Below are positions 1 to 9,592 of a stretch of DNA of 64,000 nucleotides, piece by piece. The position numbers and the translations under genes are program-made. Positions within the stretch are counted from its first letter, which is position 1; every line of letters begins with the position of its first letter. The stretch is from assembly GCF_000284015.1 (NCBI RefSeq), contig NC_016943.1:225541-289540 (forward strand), in the 5' to 3' direction. Under the pieces are notes generated by a model. That model was not told where the DNA came from, made no database searches, and saw only the letters and a program-made list of their open reading frames with translations. Source of the DNA: Blastococcus saxobsidens DD2 (GTDB lineage: Bacteria; Actinomycetota; Actinomycetes; Mycobacteriales; Geodermatophilaceae).

Positions 1-1
1 G

Positions 2-760
2 GTGGTGCCGGCCGTGCGGCTGGGCTCGCCGTCGGCGGCGCTGACCGTGCCGCTGCCCGGGGCGCGGTCGCGCTACGTCTTCGCACTGCCGCAGCCCGAC
101 GGGCTGGTCCACCTCGGGCTGACCGACGAGCCGGTCGAGGGCCCGGTGCCCGACGACGACGCCCAGCCGTCGGACGCCGAGGTGGCGCAGCTGCTCGAGA
201 CGGTGAACCAGGTGCTCACCGAGCCGCTGGCCAGGGACGACCTGGTGGGCGCCTACGCCGGGTACCGGCCGCTCGTGCTCCCGGAATCGGCCGGTAGCGG
301 GCCCGGCAACGCGACCGCCGACCTGTCGCGCAAGCACCTGCTGACGTGGGACGGACCGGTCCTCTCCGTGGTGGGCGGCAAGCTCACCACCTACCGCGCT
401 ATGGCCGAGGAGGCGGTGGACGCGGTGGTGGCCCGGCTCGGGCGCGGGGCGGCGCGGTCGCTCACGGCCCGGCTGCCGCTGGTCGGTGCGGCGCCCCGGG
501 TGGCGCTGGACCGGGTACCCGCTCCCGCTCGCCTGGTGGCCCGCTACGGCACCGAGGCGCCGTCGGTGGAGGCGCTCGGCCCGGCGCTGGTGGTCGCCGG
601 CCGCTCGGAGACGGTGGGGGAGCTGCGGTTCGCCGTCCGGCACGAGGGCGCACGGACCGTCTCCGACCTGCTGGACCGGCGCACCCGCATCGGCCTGGTG
701 CCCGCAGACCGGGAGCGGGCGGTGTCCGTCGCGGAGCAGGTCCTCGCCGAGGAGGCCTGA
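2..760 (+). CDS. glpD: glycerol-3-phosphate dehydrogenase, C-terminal part (5' end outside window)
   Basis: VVGGKLTTYRAMAEEAVD motif typical of FAD-dependent GlpD C-terminus. ORF is open to the window edge. Confidence 0.55.
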   Translation: MVPAVRLGSPSAALTVPLPGARSRYVFALPQPDGLVHLGLTDEPVEGPVPDDDAQPSDAEVAQLLETVNQVLTEPLARDDLVGAYAGYRPLVLPESAGSGPGNATADLSRKHLLTWDGPVLSVVGGKLTTYRAMAEEAVDAVVARLGRGAARSLTARLPLVGAAPRVALDRVPAPARLVARYGTEAPSVEALGPALVVAGRSETVGELRFAVRHEGARTVSDLLDRRTRIGLVPADRERAVSVAEQVLAEEA

Positions 761-858
761 CCCGGTCCCGCGCTCATGGCCAGGACTGCGGATCTCCGCT
801 ACCGGGAAGGCGGTTCCATCTCGCGCGGGACGGCGAGTTGCTCACCCGGACGCGGGGC

Positions 859-1953
859 TCACGCCGTGGAGGGCTGGCGTTCCTGGGCACCGAGCGCGGA
901 CAGGCTGCGGTGGACACCGACCGCGACCGCACCGAGGGCGAAGAAGCCCTGGTCGTCGGAGACCGTGCTGGTCCGGACGAGGCCGACCAGGCGGTGCAGC
1001 GCATCGACGGCGCGGGCGATCCGCGCCTCCCGCTCGTCGGGCGTCGTCCCGTCGCCGGTGTGGTACGGGGTGGTGAGCACGCCGGCGAGCCCGTCCAGCG
1101 CGTCGGCGAGCACCCAGCCGGTGCCGGCCTCGGCGTGGTCGACGCCGCGCCGGTGCGGATGGAACTCGACGAGCAGTGACGTGAGGTCGTCGACGAGGAC
1201 GGCGACGCGGTCGACCGCGCGGGACTCCTCGCGGATGGTCTCGGCGCGTCCCTTCCAGCGGCGGGCCCGCGGGTTGGCGAGGCGGGCCCGCTCGACCTGG
1301 CGCTCGGCGGCACGCATGCGGTCCAGCGAGCGGTCCAGCCGGCGGTTGCGCTCGGTCCACTCGGCGGGGTCGGGGACCCGCCCCTCGCGCAGGGTCTCGG
1401 CCATGTCGTGCAGGTGTGCGGCGAGGACGGCGCGGGTGCCACCGATCCGGCCGACGGCCTGGGTGAGCTGCAACGGCGGGAAGAGGACGGCGGTGACCAG
1501 CACACCGATGGCCGCGCCGACCAGGGTCAGGCCGGCGTACCGCAGGACGTAGGGCCCCGGTTGGCCCGCCCCGACGGTGATCATGAGGACCGCGGCGAAG
1601 CTCACCCAGCCGGCCTGGTCCCGCAGGAGTCGCCGCCACTGCTCCACCCCGATGGCCAGGGCGACGATCAGCGCGATCGTCAGGGCGTCCGGGACCGACC
1701 GGGTCAGCTCGTACACGACGTAGGCCAGGGCGAAGCCCATCAGCATCGCCAGGACGCTCCGCCACGCCGCGCTCGCGGAGTCGGCGATCGTCGGGTGGAC
1801 GGCGATCACCGCGCCGAGCGGCGCGTAGTACGCGTACTCCGACAGCAGTGGCGGCAGCAGGACGGCGACCTGCCAGGCCAGTCCCGCCGCGACGGCTGCT
1901 CGCACCCCGCGCTGTGCGGCAGGGTGGTGCAGCCACACAAATATGGCCTTCAT
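859..1953 (-). CDS. FUSC / aromatic acid exporter family membrane protein
   Basis: 364 aa with several hydrophobic segments followed by a charged coiled C-terminal half, the usual FUSC-like architecture. Confidence 0.55.
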   Translation of the reverse strand: MKAIFVWLHHPAAQRGVRAAVAAGLAWQVAVLLPPLLSEYAYYAPLGAVIAVHPTIADSASAAWRSVLAMLMGFALAYVVYELTRSVPDALTIALIVALAIGVEQWRRLLRDQAGWVSFAAVLMITVGAGQPGPYVLRYAGLTLVGAAIGVLVTAVLFPPLQLTQAVGRIGGTRAVLAAHLHDMAETLREGRVPDPAEWTERNRRLDRSLDRMRAAERQVERARLANPRARRWKGRAETIREESRAVDRVAVLVDDLTSLLVEFHPHRRGVDHAEAGTGWVLADALDGLAGVLTTPYHTGDGTTPDEREARIARAVDALHRLVGLVRTSTVSDDQGFFALGAVAVGVHRSLSALGAQERQPSTA

Positions 1954-2208
1954 CCGGTCCCAGGATGACCGGTGCCGATCCGTGGCGCGCGCCGGGTCCC
2001 GATCCGGGTCGGGCCGCCGCCGGCCGGGCCGGCGCCCCCCCGCGGACTGCCCCTGCCGGGGAGGCAGCGGCTACCGTGGAACGAGTGCCGCGGCCGCCGG
2101 TGCGCCGGGCTGTCGCGCCGGCGCCCGACCGGTCGCAGGGATCCGTGTCCGGAAGACGAACGACGACCAGGCCCGACAGCGACGTCGGGTGGGGAAGGCG
2201 CTGCCGCG

Positions 2209-2850
2209 ATGTGGGAGTACGTGACCGAACGTGCCGACGTCATCGCCTTCCAGGCCTTCCAGCACGTGAGCCTGGTCGTCCAGTCCGTCCTGCTGGGCTC
2301 GGGAATCGGCGTCGCGGTGGCCATGCTGGTGTACCGCAGCCCGAGGGCGACGGCGCTGGCCAACGGCCTGTCGGCGGTGGGCCTGACCATCCCGGCCTTC
2401 GCCCTGCTGGGGGTCCTGCTGACGCCGTTCGGCTTCGGGATCACCCCGGCGGTCATCGCCGTGACCTTCTACGCGGCGCTGCCGGTGCTGCGCAACGCCG
2501 TGGTGGGGCTGGCCGGGGTCGACCGCTCGCTGGTCGAGTCCGCCCGGGGCATCGGCATGACCCGCACGGCCACGCTGCTGCGGGTGGAACTGCCCCTGGC
2601 CTGGCCGGTCGTGCTCGCCGGTATCCGCATCTCCACCCAGATGGTCATGGGGATCGCGGCCATCGCCGCCTACGTGCTCGGACCGGGCCTCGGCGGCTTC
2701 ATCTTCTCCGGGCTGTCCCGGCTGGGCGGCGCCAATGCCGTCAACTCCACGCTCACCGGGACGATCGCGATCGTCCTGCTCGCACTCGTCCTCGACCTGC
2801 TGCTGGTGCTGGCGGGTCGGCTCACCACCCCCAGGGGGATCCGTGTCTGA
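2209..2850 (+). CDS. ABC transporter permease (OpuC/ProW-type osmoprotectant uptake)
   Basis: Starts MWEYVTER. Binding-protein-dependent permease signature around ALPVLRNAVVGLAGVD. Its stop overlaps the next gene's start. Confidence 0.75.
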   Translation: MWEYVTERADVIAFQAFQHVSLVVQSVLLGSGIGVAVAMLVYRSPRATALANGLSAVGLTIPAFALLGVLLTPFGFGITPAVIAVTFYAALPVLRNAVVGLAGVDRSLVESARGIGMTRTATLLRVELPLAWPVVLAGIRISTQMVMGIAAIAAYVLGPGLGGFIFSGLSRLGGANAVNSTLTGTIAIVLLALVLDLLLVLAGRLTTPRGIRV

Positions 2851-4030
2851 GGCAACGTCCGCGCCGGCCGCCGGGACGGCCGGCAGCAGCGACCGGCACA
2901 TCAGCGGGGTCAGCATCCGCCTGGACGGCGTGACCAAGCGGTACCCGGGACAGGACCGGCCGGCCGTCGACGACGTCACCCTCGAGATCGCCGCCGGCGA
3001 GACGGTGATGTTCGTCGGCCCGTCCGGTTGCGGGAAGACGACCCTGCTGAAGATGCTCAACCGGCTGATCGAGCCGTCCAGCGGGCGGATCCACCTGGGC
3101 GAGGAGGACGTCACCGATCAGGACGCCGACCAGCTGCGCCGGCGGATCGGTTACGTCATCCAGGCCGGTGGGCTGTTCCCGCACATGACCGTCGCGACCA
3201 ACATCGGGATGGTCCCCCGGATGCTGAAGTGGGAGAAGCAGCGCATCGCCGAGCGGGTCGACGAGCTGCTGGACCTCGTCGGTCTGGACCCGGCCGTCTA
3301 CCGCGACCGGTACCCGCGGGAGCTGTCCGGGGGCCAGCAGCAGCGGGTCGGGGTGGCCCGCGCCCTGGCCGCGGACCCGCCGGTGCTGCTGATGGACGAG
3401 CCGTTCGGCGCCGTCGACCCGATCACCCGCCAGCGCCTGCAGGACGAGCTGATCCGGATCCAGGAGGAGCTGGGCAAGACGATCGTCTTCGTCACCCACG
3501 ACTTCGACGAGGCGGTCAAGCTGGGCGACAAGATCGTCGTCTTCGACGTCGGCGCGCGCGTGGTGCAGTACGACACCCCCGAGCGGATCCTGGCCGAGCC
3601 GGCCGAGGAGTACGTCGCCGACTTCGTCGGCGCGGGGGCCACGCTGAAGCAGCTGACGCTCACCCGGGTCGGCGACGTCGACCTCATGCAGGTGACGACG
3701 GCGACCGCCGGAGCCGACTCCGCGCAGGTGGTGGCCGCCGCGCAGGCCGCCGGCGACGGCTTCGTCGTCGTGCTGGACCGCCGCGGCCGGCCGATCAGCT
3801 GGCCCACGGTGGCCGAGCTCGCCCGGACGACCACGGTGCCGGACACGGTCGACGAGCGCCTCCCCGTCGTCGGGCTCCGGTCCACCCTCAACGACGCGCT
3901 GGACACCATGCTGGCGGCCAGCCAGGGCGGCGTCGTGGTCACCGGCCGACGGGACGGTCTCGCCGGTGTCATGGCGGTCGAGACGGTGATGGCCGCCATC
4001 CAGCGCACCCGCACGGAGGTGGCCGGATGA
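2843..4030 (+). CDS. ABC transporter ATP-binding protein with C-terminal tandem CBS domains (OpuCA/ProV-like)
   Basis: Walker A GPSGCGKTT, signature LSGGQQQRV, Walker B LLMDEP, CBS-like C-terminus. GTG start 2843 overlaps the upstream stop at 2848-2850. Confidence 0.85.
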   Translation: MSEATSAPAAGTAGSSDRHISGVSIRLDGVTKRYPGQDRPAVDDVTLEIAAGETVMFVGPSGCGKTTLLKMLNRLIEPSSGRIHLGEEDVTDQDADQLRRRIGYVIQAGGLFPHMTVATNIGMVPRMLKWEKQRIAERVDELLDLVGLDPAVYRDRYPRELSGGQQQRVGVARALAADPPVLLMDEPFGAVDPITRQRLQDELIRIQEELGKTIVFVTHDFDEAVKLGDKIVVFDVGARVVQYDTPERILAEPAEEYVADFVGAGATLKQLTLTRVGDVDLMQVTTATAGADSAQVVAAAQAAGDGFVVVLDRRGRPISWPTVAELARTTTVPDTVDERLPVVGLRSTLNDALDTMLAASQGGVVVTGRRDGLAGVMAVETVMAAIQRTRTEVAG

Positions 4031-4842
4031 CCGCGGCCACGGAACTGCACCCGGAGGACGCGCCGCAGGAGGTACCTCCGGAGGAGACCGCGCGGCAGGC
4101 CGACCCGTCCGCCGCCGGGAACGGCGGCTGGCGTGCGCTGCTGCTGCAGCCGGCGCTCCTGGTCCTCGGCGTCGGCGCCTTCCTGGTGTGGCGGGCCACC
4201 GCCGGCCTGAGCGAGACCGAGGACCGGCAGCTCGGCGCGACGGTGCTGTGGAACAGCATCCGGGAACACCTGTACCTGACCGCCGCCGCGGCGCTGATCG
4301 TCCTGCTGATCGCGGTGCCGCTGGGCGTCGCGCTGACCCGGCGTCCGCTGCGCCGGTTCAGCCCGCTGGTCATCGGGGTCGCCAACACCGGGCAGGCCGC
4401 GCCGGCGATCGGGCTGTTCGTCCTGCTCGCCATGTGGCTGGGGTTCGGCTTCCGGACGACGGTGGTCGCGCTGGTGGTCTACGCGGCGCTGCCCGTGCTG
4501 CGCAACACCATGGTCGGCATCCAGGGCGTCGACGCGCGGCTGGTCGAGGCCGGCCGGGGGATGGGGATGAGCGCGCTGGCGGTGCTGCTGCGCGTGGAGC
4601 TCCCGCTGGCCGTCCCGGTGCTGTTGGCAGGCGTGCGCACCGCGCTGGTGCTCCTGGTGGGCACCGCCACGCTGGCGACCTTCATCGACGGCGGCGGGCT
4701 CGGGGTCCTGATCAACACCGGGATCACGCTGTCGCTGGACTCGCTGCTGATCAGCGGGGCGGTGCTCGTGGCGCTGCTGGCGCTCGCCGTCGACTGGCTG
4801 GGCCGGGTCGTCGAGCACGTCGCCCGACCGAAGGGACTCTGA
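4027..4842 (+). CDS. ABC transporter permease (second OpuC-type permease)
   Basis: Paralogous to 2209..2850 (ALPVLRNTMVGIQGVD). ATG at 4027 overlaps the upstream TGA (ATGA). Confidence 0.8.
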   Translation: MTAATELHPEDAPQEVPPEETARQADPSAAGNGGWRALLLQPALLVLGVGAFLVWRATAGLSETEDRQLGATVLWNSIREHLYLTAAAALIVLLIAVPLGVALTRRPLRRFSPLVIGVANTGQAAPAIGLFVLLAMWLGFGFRTTVVALVVYAALPVLRNTMVGIQGVDARLVEAGRGMGMSALAVLLRVELPLAVPVLLAGVRTALVLLVGTATLATFIDGGGLGVLINTGITLSLDSLLISGAVLVALLALAVDWLGRVVEHVARPKGL

Positions 4843-5822
4843 TGCGTTCCCCCCTCGCCGCCGCGGCGGCCCTGCTGAGCTCCGCCGCGCTGGTGGCCGG
4901 CTGCGGACTGGAGAGCGCCAACACCTTCACCCCGCAGGCCGAGCCCGGGCTGATCGAGCCGGTCGCCGACGAGGGCGCGGAGATCACCGTCGGCACGAAG
5001 AACTTCACCGAGGCGCTCATCCTGGGCAAGATCGCCGCGATCGCCCTGCAGGCCGCCGGTTTCGAGGTCGTCGACCGCAGCGGCATCCCCGGCGCCGCGC
5101 CGGCGCGGGCGGCGATGCTCGACGGCGAGGTCGAGTTCCAGTGGGAGTACACCGGCACCGGATGGCTGAACTACCTGGGCATGCCCGAGGGCATCCCGGA
5201 CCAGCAGGAGCAGTACGAGGCGGTGCGGGAGGCCGACCTGGCCAACGGGCTCACCTGGCTGCCGCCGGCGCCGCTGAACAACACCTACGCCTTCGCCGTC
5301 CGCAGCGAGGCGGTGGAGGAGCTGGGCGGCATCGACAGCCTCTCCGACATCGCCGAGCTACCGGTGGAGGAACGGACCTTCTGCGTCGAGTCGGAGTTCG
5401 CCACCCGCGGCGACGGGTTCGAGCCGATGCTCGAGGCCTACGGCATCCCCCTGGGCGACCCGCAGGGCGTGCCCCGGGACAACGTCAGCGTCCTGGACAC
5501 CGGAGCCGTCTACACCGCGACCGACGAGGGCGCGTGCAACTTCGGCGAGGTGTTCACGACCGACGGCCGGATCGCGTCGCTGGACCTGACGGTGCTGGAG
5601 GACGACCGCGGGTACTTCCCCGCGTACAACGTGGCTCCGGTGGTGCTCACGGACGTGCTCGAGGAGAACCCGGAGATCGCCGACGTCTTCGCGAAGATCA
5701 TCCCCCGGCTCACCGACGAGGTGATGATCGAGCTCAACAGCCGCGTCGACGTCGGCGGCGAGACGCCCGCCGATGTCGCGCTGGACTGGCTGGTGTCCGA
5801 AGGCCTGGTCACCCGCGGCTGA
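4842..5822 (+). CDS. glycine betaine/choline-type substrate-binding lipoprotein
   Basis: Lipoprotein signal LVAGC. OpuAC/ProX-like periplasmic binding fold. Start overlaps the upstream stop (TGATG). Confidence 0.8.
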   Translation: MRSPLAAAAALLSSAALVAGCGLESANTFTPQAEPGLIEPVADEGAEITVGTKNFTEALILGKIAAIALQAAGFEVVDRSGIPGAAPARAAMLDGEVEFQWEYTGTGWLNYLGMPEGIPDQQEQYEAVREADLANGLTWLPPAPLNNTYAFAVRSEAVEELGGIDSLSDIAELPVEERTFCVESEFATRGDGFEPMLEAYGIPLGDPQGVPRDNVSVLDTGAVYTATDEGACNFGEVFTTDGRIASLDLTVLEDDRGYFPAYNVAPVVLTDVLEENPEIADVFAKIIPRLTDEVMIELNSRVDVGGETPADVALDWLVSEGLVTRG

Positions 5823-5845
5823 CCTGCCCTGGGCACCTGAGCGCC

Positions 5846-5900
5846 GAGTGCGACGGACTCGTGGCCATCAGCGGGTGATGACCACGAGTTCGTCGCACTC
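5846..5900. terminator. 19-bp inverted repeat hairpin downstream of the opuC-like operon
   Basis: GAGTGCGACGGACTCGTGG, 17-nt loop, CCACGAGTTCGTCGCACTC (one mismatch), immediately after the stop at 5822. Confidence 0.5.
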
Positions 5901-5944
5901 GCCGGGCTCGCTCAGCTCCGGCGGGCGGATGACGTGCTGCCGAC

Positions 5945-6571
5945 GTGCTTCCCCCCGCGGCGGGCAACCGGGATGCTCAGCGCGTGACCCGGCCGGAGAC
6001 CCCTCCCGCACCACCCGCCCAGCGGTCCTCCCGCTCCCGCCGCCGGCTGCTGGTCGCCGCGGTGTCCGTGGTGCTCCTGGCCGGTGGGGTCTCGGCCTGG
6101 TGGTTGCTCCGGTCGTCACCGGTCGAGGCGGTCCCCGCGGTCAACGTCGCCCTGCCGGACGTCGATCCGGGCGAGCCGCAGATGCTGATGATCGCGCTGC
6201 TGTGCCTCGACGGCGCGGAGACGGCGACCATCGACGGGGTCACCGCGGACCGGGCCGGACTCATCGTCACGGATTTCGCCGTGCGGCCGGCTGAGTCCGG
6301 GGAGCCGACCGTCGGAGCCTTCGACGGCACGCTCCGGGAGAGCGGCTTCAGCGGCGGCCGGACGGTCACCGTCGCGTGTGCCGACGACACCTACTCCGAG
6401 CTGGCCGTCGAGGTCTCCCGCGGCGTCAACGGGCCTGCGCACACCGATGACTTCCATCTCCACTGGCGGTCCGGCGTCCGGTCCGGGGCGCTCCCCATCG
6501 AGGCGTCGGTGACCCTCTGCGCGTCCGGGCAGGTCGACGAGTACTGCGCGCCGGTGCCCCCCGGTTCCTGA
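5945..6571 (+). CDS. hypothetical membrane-anchored or secreted protein
   Basis: 208-aa ORF with an N-terminal Arg-rich region and a TM/signal segment (LLVAAVSVVLLAGGVSAWWLL). No recognisable family. Confidence 0.4.
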   Translation: MLPPAAGNRDAQRVTRPETPPAPPAQRSSRSRRRLLVAAVSVVLLAGGVSAWWLLRSSPVEAVPAVNVALPDVDPGEPQMLMIALLCLDGAETATIDGVTADRAGLIVTDFAVRPAESGEPTVGAFDGTLRESGFSGGRTVTVACADDTYSELAVEVSRGVNGPAHTDDFHLHWRSGVRSGALPIEASVTLCASGQVDEYCAPVPPGS

Positions 6572-6628
6572 GGGCGGCACGCCGGACCAAGGGGCCGCCC
6601 GGGCGAGGGCGCCTGGACGCTGGGCGCC

Positions 6629-6661
6629 GATGCGCAGTTCCCGGGCCGGGAACTGCGCATC
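6629..6661. terminator. perfect 33-bp palindrome between convergent genes
   Basis: GATGCGCAGTTCCCGG-G-CCGGGAACTGCGCATC, a perfect 16-bp stem. Lies between the + hypothetical gene (ends 6571) and the - MerR gene (ends 6681). Confidence 0.45.
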
Positions 6662-6680
6662 AGCGCTCAGCGATCCGGCC

Positions 6681-7433
6681 TCAGCCGTGGCGGGCGGCGT
6701 TGGCCTGGACGGCGTCGCTCACGTACTGCGCGAGCCCGGGCGCGATCCGCTCGTAGTACGCGGTGAAGCGCTCGTCCGCCAGGTACATCTGGCCGAGCCC
6801 GGCGTGCATCGCGGGTGTGCAGTCGTAGAAGTTCCGGCTGATCTGCTGCCGGTGCTCCTCCGCCAGGTCCATCGCCTGCTCCGAGTCCGCGGGCACGTCC
6901 GCGGCCAGCGCCTCGGCGAACCGGCGCTCGACGTCGTCGGACTCGGCCTTCACCCGCAGCCAGTCGTCCTTGGTTATGGCGCGGGTGCGCTGCTGGGACT
7001 GCGCCCAGGCGTCGGTGTCGCCCCACTTCTCCTCGGCCTCGGCGGCGTACTCCTCGGGCAGCCAGTCGCCGAACACCTCGAACCGTTCCTCCGGGGTCAA
7101 CGAGATCCCCATGGCACGTGCCTCCATCTCCTTCTCCACGGCCGCGACCATCGCCGACGTCCGCTCCAGCCGGCCCTGCAGCAGCCGGTGCTGGCGGCGC
7201 AGGTGCTCGAGGGGATCGGCGGACGGGTCGTCCAGCAGGGTCGCGACCTCCTCGAGGGGGAACCCGAGCTCGCGGTACAGCAGCACCTGGTGCAGCCGGT
7301 CCAGATCGGCCGGCGCGTACTGCCGGTAGCCGTTCGCCGTCCGGCCGGACGGCGACAGCAGGCCGATCCGGTCGTAGTGGTGCAGCGTGCGCACCGTGAC
7401 GCCGGCCGTCGCGGCCACCTGACCCACGTTCAC
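6681..7433 (-). CDS. MerR-family transcriptional regulator, TipAL-like (HTH plus TipAS antibiotic-recognition domain)
   Basis: N-terminal MerR HTH VNVGQVAATAGVTVRTLHHYDRIGLL. C-terminal TipAS-like domain. GTG start inferred at 7433. Confidence 0.8.
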   Translation of the reverse strand: MNVGQVAATAGVTVRTLHHYDRIGLLSPSGRTANGYRQYAPADLDRLHQVLLYRELGFPLEEVATLLDDPSADPLEHLRRQHRLLQGRLERTSAMVAAVEKEMEARAMGISLTPEERFEVFGDWLPEEYAAEAEEKWGDTDAWAQSQQRTRAITKDDWLRVKAESDDVERRFAEALAADVPADSEQAMDLAEEHRQQISRNFYDCTPAMHAGLGQMYLADERFTAYYERIAPGLAQYVSDAVQANAARHG

Positions 7434-7470
7434 CGGGCCCTCCCTTCTTCCGACGAGGACAAGGCAACAG

Positions 7471-7487
7471 CCTGACGTTGCGTCAGG
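7471..7487. promoter_or_regulatory. candidate MerR operator palindrome in a divergent promoter region
   Basis: CCTGACG-TTG-CGTCAGG (7-bp arms) between the MerR start (7433, -) and the dehalogenase start (7544, +). Flanked by a TTGACC-like hexamer on the minus strand. Confidence 0.4.
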
Positions 7488-7543
7488 GTCAAGCGCCATT
7501 CTCCGGACGGCGGGGCGTGACCGTCCCGTGTGAGGATCGGGGC

Positions 7544-8434
7544 ATGGCCGACGAGATCTCCCCCGAGGACCCGTTCCCCCGCCGGCGCGTGCAGGTGAAG
7601 GACGCCGAGATGGCGTACGTGGAGGCCGGGGAGGGGGATCCGATCGTCTTCCTGCACGGCAACCCGACGTCGTCCTACCTCTGGCGCAACGTCATCCCGC
7701 ACGTGCAGCACCTCGGCCGCTGCCTGGCACCGGACCTGATCGGCATGGGCCGGTCCGACAAGCTGCCGGACGCGGGCCCGGGCACGTACTCGTTCGCCAC
7801 GCATGCCGCCTACCTCGAGGAGTTCCTCGTCGCGGTGGGCGCGACGGAGCGGGTCACGCTGGTGCTGCACGACTGGGGCTCCGGCCTCGGCTTCGACTGG
7901 GCCGCCCGCCACCCCGACGCGGTCCGCGGCATCGCGTTCACCGAGGCGATCGTCACGCCGGTCACCTGGGACGACTGGCCCGCCGACGCCCGCAACATCT
8001 TCCAGCTCATGCGCGGCCCCCAGGGCGAGGCCGCGGTGCTGGACAAGAACGTCTTCGTCGAGCGGATCCTGCCGGCGTCCGTGGCCCGTGGGCTCACGCC
8101 CGAGGCGCACGACCGCTACCGGGAGCCGTTCGCCCAGCGCGAGGACCGCTGGCCCACCCTCGAGTGGCCGCGGCAGCTGCCGATCGAGGGGCACCCGGCC
8201 GAGGTGGTGCAGGTCGTCGAGCGGTACGCCGGCTGGCTCGCGGGCAGCGACGTCCCGAAGCTGTTCATCGACGCCGAGCCGGGGTCGATCCTGGTCGGCC
8301 GCCAGCGGGAGTTCGTGCGCAGCTGGCCGGCGCTCACCGAGGTTCCCGTGACCGGCAGCCACTTCGTCCCCGAGGACTCGCCGCACGAGATCGGCCGCGC
8401 GGTCGCGGACTGGCTCCCGACCCTGCCCAGCTAG
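7544..8434 (+). CDS. dhaA: haloalkane dehalogenase (alpha/beta hydrolase, HLD-II type)
   Basis: HGNPTSSYLWRN, nucleophile DWG, and a C-terminal His region. Very close to the DhaA/LinB family. Confidence 0.85.
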   Translation: MADEISPEDPFPRRRVQVKDAEMAYVEAGEGDPIVFLHGNPTSSYLWRNVIPHVQHLGRCLAPDLIGMGRSDKLPDAGPGTYSFATHAAYLEEFLVAVGATERVTLVLHDWGSGLGFDWAARHPDAVRGIAFTEAIVTPVTWDDWPADARNIFQLMRGPQGEAAVLDKNVFVERILPASVARGLTPEAHDRYREPFAQREDRWPTLEWPRQLPIEGHPAEVVQVVERYAGWLAGSDVPKLFIDAEPGSILVGRQREFVRSWPALTEVPVTGSHFVPEDSPHEIGRAVADWLPTLPS

Positions 8435-8811
8435 GCCGTGCGGGACAGCGCTTCTGCCACGGTCGGGGCAGTACCTGCCGTTCCCGGGTAGGAGCCGGTG
8501 CTGAAGTGCCGCATCTCCGGGGCCCAGCGTCGGATCGCCGTGCGGTGCGGGTCCAGGCGGACGAAGGCACGCAGCGCCGCCTCGTCGTCCCACCACGAGA
8601 CGGTGGTGAAACGGCGGGCCAGCGGCTGGGCGCGCAGGTGCAGACAGCGGGCTCCTGGACTGGCCATCACCTGCCTCCGGACAGCCATGCTGTCGCGCAG
8701 GAAGGCCGGGACGTCCCGCAGCCGGCGCAGGTGGAGGTGGGTGACCTCGACATGGCCGGGCCCCCCGCCGATCCGGTCGGCGGTCCACGGAAGATCGGGT
8801 ACGAGGGGCAT
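8431..8811 (-). CDS. DUF3291-like small protein
   Basis: TTVSWWDDEAALRAFV resembles the DUF3291 core. 126 aa. Confidence 0.4.
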   Translation of the reverse strand: MPLVPDLPWTADRIGGGPGHVEVTHLHLRRLRDVPAFLRDSMAVRRQVMASPGARCLHLRAQPLARRFTTVSWWDDEAALRAFVRLDPHRTAIRRWAPEMRHFSTGSYPGTAGTAPTVAEALSRTA

Positions 8812-8889
8812 GCGGCCTCCTCCTCCGGTGCGCAGGCAGGTCGCCCGAAGGCTAGGGCGTCGGTGGCTGCCGGAGGAGTCCTTCGCGCG

Positions 8890-9513
8890 TCAGGCCGTGA
8901 GCGCGCGGACGGTCTCGACCACGGCGACGACGGCGAACACCAGGAACAGGCCTGCGGCCACCCGCCGGATCAGCGCGATCGGCAGCCGGTCGGCGAGCTT
9001 CCTGCCCAGGAACACCGCGAGGCCGGAGACGACCAGCAGCGCGGCCCAGGAGCCGACGAACACCGACACGGGGGCGTCGTAGCGGGCGGCGAGCCCGGCG
9101 GTGGCCAGCTGGGAGAGGTCGCCCCACTCGGCGGCGAAGAGGACGCCGAACGAGATGGCCGCCGCCCGGAGGAACGACGTCTGCTCCCGGGTCTCGGCGG
9201 CCTCCCCGCCGTCCTCGGGCCCGGCGGAGGCGCTCCGCCACAGCAGGATCGCGCCCACCAGGAACAGCAGCGCGACGACGCCGGTGACCAGCGCCTCGGG
9301 CAGCAGCGACAGCAGCGACCCGGCGGTGACGGCGATCGCCACCTGCAGGCCGAACGCCGTCCCCACCCCGACGAAGACCGGGAGCGGCGGGAAGCGGGTG
9401 GCGAGGACGAGGCTGGCGAACAGCGTCTTGTCGGGCAGCTCCACCGGCAGCACCAGGACGAACGCGGCCAGGACCACCGACCAGATCACTTTCGAACTCT
9501 CCTCGCTCGGCAC
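8890..9513 (-). CDS. UPF0016/GDT1 (TMEM165) family cation (Mn2+/Ca2+) transporter
   Basis: Duplicated E-x-G-D-(KR)-(TS) motifs, ELPDKT and EWGDLSQ. About 6 TM segments. Confidence 0.65.
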   Translation of the reverse strand: MPSEESSKVIWSVVLAAFVLVLPVELPDKTLFASLVLATRFPPLPVFVGVGTAFGLQVAIAVTAGSLLSLLPEALVTGVVALLFLVGAILLWRSASAGPEDGGEAAETREQTSFLRAAAISFGVLFAAEWGDLSQLATAGLAARYDAPVSVFVGSWAALLVVSGLAVFLGRKLADRLPIALIRRVAAGLFLVFAVVAVVETVRALTA

Positions 9514-9592
9514 TGCCGGGCGGGGCTCGGGCAGGCGGTCTCTCGGTGGCCCACGGTATCGGTCGGTGCCCGGGCGCCCGGAGGGCGGCGGG

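Noticed and set aside
346-1179. Gly/Arg-rich 277-aa ORF overlapping the glpD end and the FUSC gene
   Set aside because: It has alternative-frame low-complexity composition and overlaps two genes with clear homology.
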